Positions 9,735-17,660 of a stretch of DNA of 64,000 nt are shown piece after piece. The position numbers were made by a program, and so were the translations under genes. This stretch comes from an uncultured Alphaproteobacteria bacterium (GTDB lineage: Bacteria > Pseudomonadota > Alphaproteobacteria > CAIYWZ01): contig CAZCFE010000006.1 of NCBI GenBank assembly GCA_964497925.1, positions 12,986 through 76,985 on the forward strand, in the 5' to 3' direction. The stretch's first letter is position 1. Each line of letters begins with the position of its first letter. Under the pieces are notes generated by a model. It ran no database searches. It saw only the letters and a list, made by a program, of their open reading frames with translations, and had not been told where the DNA came from.

Positions 9735-10374
9735 GTTCTCTCCTAAATAAATCGCATGGTGGTATTTTTGTATGCGTAATAATTTTGTGTGGTTGATCTT
9801 GGTTGTTTTTATAAACGACTTTCCCATAAAAATAATTCGGGTTGGTGTTATCAATATAGATAATTCTTCCTTTTTCACTTACATGATCCCAAAGATGATG
9901 GGGAAAGACTTCTACTGCTCCATCAATGAAAATCAGATCATAAAATGATCCTTGGAGGATGGTTGGTATATGGTGAACTTTTTCTTTTGGATAAGTTGCT
10001 GTTTTTAGTCCAAGATTTGAGAGGTGTAAATTTTCATCAAGTTCCATAGCGTACACCTTGAGAGCTAAATGTGCTAAAACTGCACTGTAATATCCGCAAG
10101 AAAGAGGGATGGTCAGAACAACATCATCACAACTGATTTGGGCCTCTTGTAAGAGTTTGGCATATACTTTTGAATTGGATAAAAAACGATTGCTTCCTAA
10201 ATCAAGAGAGTTTTCATAAATAAAAGATTCGTCTCTTAAACTGTTATTTACGAAATAGTCTCGCTCAACAGTCATAAAAGCCAAGAGAAGTTTTTCATTT
10301 GTGATTCCATTTGGCCTAAACCCATTATGGATCATATTTATTCGAGATTGCTTAAATTCCATGAGATGAACCAT
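9718..10374 (-). CDS. pcm: Protein-L-isoaspartate O-methyltransferase
   Basis: 218 aa with a SAM-MTase motif region (LSCGYYSAVLAHLALKVYAMELDE) and an N-terminal VERDYFV, resembling the Pcm VPRxxFVPE region. Confidence 0.65.
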   Translation of the reverse strand: MVHLMEFKQSRINMIHNGFRPNGITNEKLLLAFMTVERDYFVNNSLRDESFIYENSLDLGSNRFLSNSKVYAKLLQEAQISCDDVVLTIPLSCGYYSAVLAHLALKVYAMELDENLHLSNLGLKTATYPKEKVHHIPTILQGSFYDLIFIDGAVEVFPHHLWDHVSEKGRIIYIDNTNPNYFYGKVVYKNNQDQPHKIITHTKIPPCDLFRREHVFNF

Positions 10375-10688
10375 TATTCTTTTTTACTTTATTATTGTAG
10401 GGGTTTATTAACGAAAAGTAAATGAATGGATGTTTTAATGCAAAAATAGTGTATTGAGTTCTTGTTATTAAATTTATCATTTTAAAATCCTTGTTTTTGA
10501 TTGACTATAGAACTATTATATCTTGATAAATATTATTGTCAATATAATTTGTCAAAAAAATACGTTTTCTTTAAACTTTCATTTTTAGCAAATTCTGAAA
10601 TTGTATTAATATTTTATAGACGCAAGCTGCAAATAAAGATATTTTGTGTTTTCGTATTGTGATTTTATTCTATAGAAGGGATGTTTTT

Positions 10689-11657
10689 ATGAATAATATG
10701 GATTTAATAGTATCAAATTTGATGAGTCCTGCTGTTATTTGTTTCGCAATTGGGGCTTTTGCGTCACTTATTAAAAGTGATTTGCGTGTTCCTGGACAAG
10801 TTCATGAGGGGATATCCATGTATTTGCTTTTTGCAATTGGGCTAAAAGGAGGATTGGCTTTATCTCAAACAGCATTTTTGGTTGTGTTTTATCCGATTTT
10901 AGCAACGCTGGCTTTAGGGGTGGCCACCCCTGTAATTTCTTATTTTTTGGCATACAAGATAGGAAAAATGGATCGTTTGAATTCGGCCGCTCTTGCTGCT
11001 CATTTTGGATCTGTATCTGCGGTGACATTTATGGCCGCGCTTAATTTTGCTCAGAATGCATCTATTGTTCATGAAGGGTTTATGACTGCTTTGGTGGTAG
11101 TTTTAGAGATTCCAGGAATTATTGTTGCGATTGCATTGGCTGGTCTTTTTGCAAAAAATGAAAAAGTGAATTTTAAAAAAGTGATTCATGATGCCATGAC
11201 GGGAAAAAGCGTCATCCTTCTTGCTGGCGGGGCGATTGTGGGGTTGTTTGCGGATAAATCAAGTTTGGCGTCGATATCAAATGTTTTTATATCGCCATTT
11301 CAGGGGATGTTGGTTTTCTTTTTGCTTGAGATGGGGGTGGTTGCGGCATCAAAATTAAAGGAGATTAAATCTTTATGGTTGTTTATGTTGATTTTTGGAA
11401 CTGTGACTCCTTTATTATTTGCATGTTTAGGTATTTTTGCTGGAAGTCTTGCTGGGCTATCTTATGGGGGGGCAGCAATTTTGGGAGTTATGGCAGCTAG
11501 TGCCTCATATATTGCCGCACCTGCAGCTGTAAAAATGGCGTTACCTAATGCAAATCCTGCTATTTACTTAACTCTTAGCATTAGCATCACGCTTCCTTTT
11601 AATATTTCAATAGGAATACCGTTATATTTTTCAATGGCAAAGATGTTTGCATTTTAA
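10689..11657 (+). CDS. SbtA-family (DUF897, Na+-dependent bicarbonate transporter-like) permease
   Basis: About 322 aa, roughly 10 TM. The N-terminus (SPAVICFAIGAFASLIKSDLRVPGQVHEGISMYLLFAIGLKGG) matches the SbtA/DUF897 opening helix-loop pattern. No sbtB (PII-like) gene follows. Confidence 0.5.
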   Translation: MNNMDLIVSNLMSPAVICFAIGAFASLIKSDLRVPGQVHEGISMYLLFAIGLKGGLALSQTAFLVVFYPILATLALGVATPVISYFLAYKIGKMDRLNSAALAAHFGSVSAVTFMAALNFAQNASIVHEGFMTALVVVLEIPGIIVAIALAGLFAKNEKVNFKKVIHDAMTGKSVILLAGGAIVGLFADKSSLASISNVFISPFQGMLVFFLLEMGVVAASKLKEIKSLWLFMLIFGTVTPLLFACLGIFAGSLAGLSYGGAAILGVMAASASYIAAPAAVKMALPNANPAIYLTLSISITLPFNISIGIPLYFSMAKMFAF

Positions 11658-11719
11658 AGTTAAAATCATCGAATTATCAAAAAATTAAAACTTGCTTTTT
11701 AATCTTATTTATGCGTTAA

Positions 11720-11923
11720 TGATAAGTGCGACAATCGGCGCGCTCGAACATAAAGAGCATAAGCGATCGATAAGTAAGACTTATTCGCGTTAAAGACAGG
11801 GACGGTACCAACGACTTTGTTTGCGATAAAGACTTCAAATCTTTCCAGATGTTCTAGTTTCGATCCGCCCACGCCGCATGCGCTGCCAGCGGGGAGGTAC
11901 CTCCTAAGGTCAGCGCATTTTTT
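11720..11923 (+). ncRNA. Candidate structured small RNA (unclassified), ending in an intrinsic terminator
   Basis: A GC-rich (roughly 50%) island in a roughly 33% GC genome, with no ORF longer than 25 codons on either strand. It ends in the hairpin gcgctg..GGAGGUACCUCC..cagcgc plus a U-run (11880-11923), just upstream of secG. Confidence 0.25.
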
Positions 11924-11960
11924 ATAAGAAATTTAAATTGATTTTTAGGAAAAATTAGAA

Positions 11961-12323
11961 ATGATACAAATTTTATTGATCGTACATATCTTCGTTGCAG
12001 TTCTTTTAGTGGGGATTATTTTAATCCAAAAAAGCGAAGGCGGAGGACTTGGAAGCGCTCAGCAGGCAAGTCTTTTCACAGCAAGAGGTAGTGCAAATTT
12101 TTTCACAAAAGCAACAGGGACTTTGGCTATTATTTTTGCGATAAGCTGTCTTTTGATGGGGATTCTGCTTGGTAAAAAAGAAGAATCAATTTTTAAAGGT
12201 CAACCAATTGCTCCAAAAACAATTGATATTCCAGCATCTCCTGAGAAAGTAAACATTCCTTCAAGCTTGAATACAGTTCTTCCAAAACAAGAAGATGCCC
12301 CAAAAGAACCGGTTAAAAAATAA
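11961..12323 (+). CDS. secG: Preprotein translocase subunit SecG
   Basis: 120 aa with an N-terminal MIQILLIVHIFVAVLLVGIILIQKSEGGGLG, typical of SecG. Confidence 0.85.
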   Translation: MIQILLIVHIFVAVLLVGIILIQKSEGGGLGSAQQASLFTARGSANFFTKATGTLAIIFAISCLLMGILLGKKEESIFKGQPIAPKTIDIPASPEKVNIPSSLNTVLPKQEDAPKEPVKK

Positions 12324-12332
12324 GGATTAGTC

Positions 12333-13949
12333 ATGCGTTATATTTTTGTCACAGGAGGAGTTGTTTCTTCCTTAGGGAAAGGCATTGCCGCTTCTGCAAT
12401 TGGTGCGTTATTACAGGCCCGTGGTTTTAAAATTCGCATCCGCAAGCTTGAGCCTTATTTAAATATAGATCCTGGCACAATGAGTCCTTATCAGCACGGT
12501 GAAGTATTTGTGACGGATGATGGTGCAGAGACAGATTTGGATCTTGGTCACTATGAGCGTTTTACAGGGGTTGATATGAATAAAAATGACATCCTGACAT
12601 CGGGACGTGTTTATTCAAATATCTTAACTAAAGAGCGCAGAGGTGATTATTTAGGGGCGACTGTTCAAATCATTCCTCATGTAACAGATGCGATTAAAGA
12701 ATTTGTGGTTGACGGAACCCAAGATTTAGATTTTTTAATTATTGAAATTGGCGGTACCGTTGGCGATATAGAAGGGTTGCCATTCCTGGAAGCAATTAGA
12801 CAGATGGGGCATGAATTGCGCAATAATGTTATGTTTGTACATTTAACATTAGTTCCTTTTATTCCATCTGCAGGAGAGCTTAAGACAAAACCAACTCAGC
12901 ACTCTGTAAAGACTTTACAGAGTCTTGGAATTCAGCCTCATTTGCTTTTATGCAGATGTGATAGGATTATCCCAGAAGAGTCAAGAAAGAAGCTCGCGCA
13001 ATTTTGTAACGTTCCAAGCAATTGCGTTATTGAAGCACTGGATGTTGACTCAATTTATCAAATCCCACTTGTGTTTGAGCAAGAGGGATTGACAGAGCGT
13101 ATTTTGGAGCATTTTCGATTAGAAAGCGAAGCGTCAAATCTTGAAAAATGGGAAATTATTGCAGATAAAATCAACTCTTGTGAAAAAACAGTTAAAATTG
13201 CTATTTTAGGAAAGTATATTGGACTGCAAGATGCGTACAAGTCTTTGAAAGAGGCGCTTATTCATGCAGGGTTTGACAATCATGTAAATATAGAAATCAA
13301 TTGGATTGATGCCGAGGATATGGAAGAAAAAGGATACCAACACCGTCTTGAATCTTTAGATGGCGTTGTTGTTGCGGGTGGATTTGGGAAACGTGGCACT
13401 CAGGGGATGATGAATACACTTGAGTATGCTAGAAAAAATAATCTTCCATGCCTTGGAATTTGTTATGGAATGCAAATGGCGATTTTAGAATTCGCTCGTA
13501 ATATTTTGAATATTCATGATGCGAATTCGTCTGAATGGGGAGAAAATGGAACTCATTTGATAGGTCTTTTGACCCAATGGATGAATAAAGGTATTGTAGA
13601 GCAAAGGTCTTTGGACGATGATATGGGTGGGACAATGCGTCTGGGGGCTTATGAATGCCATTTGAAAGAAGGTAGTTTAGCAAGAAAAGTTTATCAAAAA
13701 CCAATTATTCATGAGCGTCATCGTCATCGTTATGAAGTTAATATTGATTATAAGAAAAACTTCGAAGATGCGGGTCTTATCTTTTCAGGTCTTTCTCCAG
13801 ATGGGACTCTGCCTGAAATTATTGAGCTTAAAGATCATCCTTGGTTTGTTGGTGTTCAGTTTCATCCAGAGTTGAAATCAAGACCTTTTGACCCACATCC
13901 GTTATTTGTTTCATTGGTTGAGGCCTCTTTGAATAAAAAGGCCTCTTAA
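12333..13949 (+). CDS. pyrG: CTP synthase
   Basis: 538 aa. The N-terminus ([25 protein letters not shown]) and the C-terminal glutamine amidotransferase domain (GICYGMQ) are both present. Confidence 0.95.
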   Translation: MRYIFVTGGVVSSLGKGIAASAIGALLQARGFKIRIRKLEPYLNIDPGTMSPYQHGEVFVTDDGAETDLDLGHYERFTGVDMNKNDILTSGRVYSNILTKERRGDYLGATVQIIPHVTDAIKEFVVDGTQDLDFLIIEIGGTVGDIEGLPFLEAIRQMGHELRNNVMFVHLTLVPFIPSAGELKTKPTQHSVKTLQSLGIQPHLLLCRCDRIIPEESRKKLAQFCNVPSNCVIEALDVDSIYQIPLVFEQEGLTERILEHFRLESEASNLEKWEIIADKINSCEKTVKIAILGKYIGLQDAYKSLKEALIHAGFDNHVNIEINWIDAEDMEEKGYQHRLESLDGVVVAGGFGKRGTQGMMNTLEYARKNNLPCLGICYGMQMAILEFARNILNIHDANSSEWGENGTHLIGLLTQWMNKGIVEQRSLDDDMGGTMRLGAYECHLKEGSLARKVYQKPIIHERHRHRYEVNIDYKKNFEDAGLIFSGLSPDGTLPEIIELKDHPWFVGVQFHPELKSRPFDPHPLFVSLVEASLNKKAS

Positions 13950-13953
13950 GGGT

Positions 13954-14610
13954 TTATACAATTGTTTGTCCTGTGGATGACCAATCTGTGATGAAGCTTT
14001 CAATGCCTTTTTCAGTTAATGGATGCATATAAAGTTGTTTGAAGATTTTTGGTGGAATTGTAACACACATGGCTCCTGCTTTTGCAGCCTCAATAACATG
14101 ACGAGGGTGTCTTATAGAGGCAGCTAAAATAGAAGTGATGTTGTCGGCATCTCTGATGTAAATTTCTTCAATTTCCTTGATAAGGGCAATACCATCATAG
14201 CCGATGTCGTCAATTCTTCCAATAAAAGGAGAAACAAAAGTGGCTCCTGCTTTTGAGGCAAGCAATGCTTGAGCTGCGGAAAAACACAACGTAACATTGA
14301 CCATTTTTTCATCACCTGTTAAGTCATGGCAGGCTTTAAGACCGTCGACTGTTAAAGGAACTTTGACTGCAATATTGGTTGCAATTTTGAGCAATTCTTT
14401 TGCTTCTTCCATCATTCCTTTATAGTCAAGAGCGATAACTTCAGCACTGACAGGGCCCTCTATCATGGCGCAAATTTCTCGTAAAACTTTCTTCATATCT
14501 CCGCCGGATTGAGCGATTAAAGTTGGATTTGTTGTAACGCCTGATATTAAGCCAGTTTCGCAAAGCTCTCGAATTTCCAAGACGTTTGCTGAGTCTAAAA
14601 AAAGATCCAT
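13954..14610 (-). CDS. tal: Transaldolase, short form (fructose-6-phosphate aldolase-like)
   Basis: 218 aa starting [33 protein letters not shown], a short-form transaldolase/FSA family signature. Confidence 0.85.
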   Translation of the reverse strand: MDLFLDSANVLEIRELCETGLISGVTTNPTLIAQSGGDMKKVLREICAMIEGPVSAEVIALDYKGMMEEAKELLKIATNIAVKVPLTVDGLKACHDLTGDEKMVNVTLCFSAAQALLASKAGATFVSPFIGRIDDIGYDGIALIKEIEEIYIRDADNITSILAASIRHPRHVIEAAKAGAMCVTIPPKIFKQLYMHPLTEKGIESFITDWSSTGQTIV

Positions 14611-14699
14611 TTATTTTTCCTATGGTTAAGTTATTGTTAACATTTTCATTTTATTGTATCCCAGAAGGCATATTTTTGCAAATTAGGAGTCAAAATATT

Positions 14700-15158
14700 A
14701 TGATTAATTTTTTTCTTTTTAGCTTCCTTTCATTTTTTTCGGTAAATGCAGCAGGTTTTGATTGTTTAGAGGTAGATTATTATGCAACATCAGATGAAGA
14801 CGTTGCATCAGAAAAGTTATTCGATGGTGAAATTCAAAAACCAGTTACAGAAATTAATATTTCAGAACTATTAATTGATCCATTTTTAGTCCAAACTTAC
14901 ACTTCTCCTGATTCGAAAGATGAACACATTGAATCGGTTTCGAGTAAGCTTATAAAAGAATTAAATAATTATCTAGAAGAAAAAGAAGAAGATGCTTTCG
15001 ATTATGCGCTTTCTTTGCGTGTTTTAGCTTCTTTTCAAAATGAATTAAAAAGTGTAAAGAATAGTCTAGATAAAAGGAAAGATTTTATGCAAAGATTAAC
15101 CAGTTACCCTAACTGGATAGAACACATTATAAGCCTTGAAAAGATTATAGTTTTATAA
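14700..15158 (+). CDS. Hypothetical acidic secreted protein
   Basis: About 153 aa from MINFFLFSFLSFFSVNAAG (signal peptide). Asp/Glu-rich, no recognisable domain. The longer ORF start at 14586 overlaps tal. Confidence 0.35.
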   Translation: MINFFLFSFLSFFSVNAAGFDCLEVDYYATSDEDVASEKLFDGEIQKPVTEINISELLIDPFLVQTYTSPDSKDEHIESVSSKLIKELNNYLEEKEEDAFDYALSLRVLASFQNELKSVKNSLDKRKDFMQRLTSYPNWIEHIISLEKIIVL

Positions 15159-16520
15159 GTGTAGAGTGTGTCCTCCTATGGCGCATGCCGCTTCTTTAAA
15201 GGCCTCATTAAGGGTTGGGTGAGCGTGGATGATGCGTGCCAGATCTTCGGACGATGCTTTGAATTCCATGGCCACAACAGCTTCTTGAATCATGGTTCCA
15301 GCTTGATGTCCAATACAATGAACACCTAAAATTTCATCTGTTTGTGCATGCGCAAGAATTTTAACAAAGCCTTGCGTGTTTTTAGATGTTTTTGCACGCC
15401 CATTTGCAATCAAAGGGAACTTGCCAGTTTTGTAAGGGGTATTTGCACTTTTGAGCTCTTCCTCTGTTTGGCCGACAGAGGCTACTTCTGGGTGGGTGTA
15501 GATGACTGATGGGATGGTTTTATAATTCACCTCTGACTTTTGCCCCATCATTCTTTCTATGCATACAACACCTTCCTCCATGGCTTTATGGGCAAGCATC
15601 GGACCTGGAATAACGTCTCCCACGGCATATATTCCGCTTACAGATGTCTCATAATTTTCATTTACGATAATTTGTGAACGTTCGTTGATTTGAATGCCTA
15701 GTTCTTCAAGGCCAAATCCCTTTGAAAGTGGGGCCCTTCCAACGGATATCAAAACAACTTCGGGCTTGAAAACGCTTCCATCTTCGCATTCAACTAGGCA
15801 AATATCTTGTTTTTTTGAAACATACTTGATTTTTTTAGATAATTCAAATTTAATACCTTGTTTTTCTAAAATTTTCTGTAAAGAAGAAGAAAGCTCCTCA
15901 TCCATTTGCGGGGTTATTCTTGAAAATCCTTCAACAACAGTGACCTCTGTTCCAAGACGTGACCAAACTGACCCCAGCTCAAGGCCTATATATCCGCCCC
16001 CTACGACAGCCATTGATTTTGGAATTTTTGATAAAGACAAGGCCCCAGTTGATGAGATGATATGTGTTTCATCAATTAGAATGTTTGGAAGCTCTATTAC
16101 TTTTGAACCAGTTGCGATAAGAATTTTTTTAGCTTCAATTATTTGATCATTCGCTTGAACTTTTGAAGATGAGATGACTTTTCCTTCTCCAAAAACATGA
16201 TCAACTTTATATTTTTTAAAAAGCATATCTATGCCGTTGGTGAGAGATTTGACAACATCATCTTTATGTTTTAAAAATTGAGTAAGGTTGATTTTAAGAT
16301 CAGAGCATTCAATTCCAAATTCGTTACCTGTGTGAAGCATTTCAAAATAACGTTCTGATGCCTCAAGTAAAGCTTTTGACGGAATGCACCCGACATTTAG
16401 ACATGTTCCTCCAAGTTCTTTTCGTTTTTCAATACAAACAACTTTCATTCCTAATTGAGAAGCTCTGATTGCTGCAGCATATCCACCTGGACCTGCGCCT
16501 AAAACAATTAAATCATACAT
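15153..16520 (-). CDS. lpdA: Dihydrolipoyl dehydrogenase (E3)
   Basis: 455 aa with an FAD motif (GAGPGGYAAAIRASQLGMKV) and redox disulfide (GGTCLNVGCIPSK). Confidence 0.95.
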   Translation of the reverse strand: MYDLIVLGAGPGGYAAAIRASQLGMKVVCIEKRKELGGTCLNVGCIPSKALLEASERYFEMLHTGNEFGIECSDLKINLTQFLKHKDDVVKSLTNGIDMLFKKYKVDHVFGEGKVISSSKVQANDQIIEAKKILIATGSKVIELPNILIDETHIISSTGALSLSKIPKSMAVVGGGYIGLELGSVWSRLGTEVTVVEGFSRITPQMDEELSSSLQKILEKQGIKFELSKKIKYVSKKQDICLVECEDGSVFKPEVVLISVGRAPLSKGFGLEELGIQINERSQIIVNENYETSVSGIYAVGDVIPGPMLAHKAMEEGVVCIERMMGQKSEVNYKTIPSVIYTHPEVASVGQTEEELKSANTPYKTGKFPLIANGRAKTSKNTQGFVKILAHAQTDEILGVHCIGHQAGTMIQEAVVAMEFKASSEDLARIIHAHPTLNEAFKEAACAIGGHTLHL

Positions 16521-16529
16521 TTAAAACTC

Positions 16530-17657
16530 CTAAAGATTTAATAATAATCTGCTTGGATCTTCAAGCGCATCTTTGACTTTGATCAAAAATGTGACAGCTT
16601 CTTTTCCGTCGATGATTCTGTGATCATAAGAAAGCGCCAAATACATCATAGGCCTGATCTCAACTTTATCTCCAATTGCAACAGGTCGGTTTTGAATTTT
16701 ATGCATTCCTAAAATTCCAGATTGAGGTGGGTTTAAAATAGGGGTGGACATTAAAGATCCATAGATTCCACCATTAGAAATTGTAAAAGTCCCTCCGGTC
16801 AAATCCGCAACAGAGAGTTTTTTGTCGCGTGCTTTTTTACCTAAAGCTCCAATTTCTTGTTCTATTTCCCAAAAACTTAAAGTCTGAGCATTGCGTAAAA
16901 CCGGAACAACAAGGCCATCATCTGTTCCAACGGCAACGCCAATATCGTAATAATTTTTATAAATGATTTCATCATGATCAATCTGCGCATTTACAGATGG
17001 GATTTCACGTAATGCATTTACGCAAGCTTTTACAAAAAAAGACATAAATCCAAGTTTCACACCATGTTTTTTTTCAAATGAATCTTTATATTTTTCACGT
17101 AGAGCCATAATTGAAGACATGTCGACTTCATTAAATGTGGTTAAAATAGCAGCTGTATTTTGAGCAGTTTTAAGACGCTCTGCAATTCTAGAGCGCAGCC
17201 TTGTCATGGGGACGCGTTCTTCCAATCTGCGGCTCACTGTTGGCGTTAATGCTGATAAAACATCACCTTTTGTGATGCGCCCATCTTTTCCTGTGCCGGA
17301 AATAGAGTTTAGATCAACTTCTTTTTCTTGTGATAATTTTTTTGCAGATGGAGATGGTATTGCTTTGTTTCCTTCTGCTTGAGCAGCAATAGCAATAGTT
17401 GGGGGTTTTTCTTTAATTTCGCCTGGCTCTAAGGTTCCTAAAATAGAGCCTATTTTAACAATTTCTCCTTTTTTAACTAAAAGAGAGAGAATTTTCCCAT
17501 TTACTGGAGCCACAATTTCCAATGTTATTTTTTCTGTCTCAAGTTCAATAATTGCTTGATCTGCTGATACTTCATCCCCGATTTTTATAAGTAAATTCGC
17601 AACAACTGCTTCACTGACAGACTCGCCTAATGAGGGCACAACGATTTCTAAGCTCAT
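16530..17657 (-). CDS. sucB: 2-oxoglutarate dehydrogenase E2, dihydrolipoamide succinyltransferase
   Basis: 375 aa with a lipoyl domain ([14 protein letters not shown]) and a catalytic domain containing DHRIIDG. Confidence 0.9.
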   Translation of the reverse strand: MSLEIVVPSLGESVSEAVVANLLIKIGDEVSADQAIIELETEKITLEIVAPVNGKILSLLVKKGEIVKIGSILGTLEPGEIKEKPPTIAIAAQAEGNKAIPSPSAKKLSQEKEVDLNSISGTGKDGRITKGDVLSALTPTVSRRLEERVPMTRLRSRIAERLKTAQNTAAILTTFNEVDMSSIMALREKYKDSFEKKHGVKLGFMSFFVKACVNALREIPSVNAQIDHDEIIYKNYYDIGVAVGTDDGLVVPVLRNAQTLSFWEIEQEIGALGKKARDKKLSVADLTGGTFTISNGGIYGSLMSTPILNPPQSGILGMHKIQNRPVAIGDKVEIRPMMYLALSYDHRIIDGKEAVTFLIKVKDALEDPSRLLLNL

Positions 17658-17660
17658 TTT

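Noticed and set aside
11700-11930. tmRNA (ssrA), SRP RNA (ffs) or RNase P identity for the GC-rich block
   Set aside because: I found no tag-peptide frame ending in Ala-Ala-stop, no GGAAGG/AGCAGCC SRP domain IV motif, no tRNA-like GTTCGA T-loop, and the block is too short for RNase P RNA. It is kept only as an unclassified sRNA candidate.
15694-16146. 150 aa ORF antisense to lpdA
   Set aside because: Antisense to a strongly supported lpdA.
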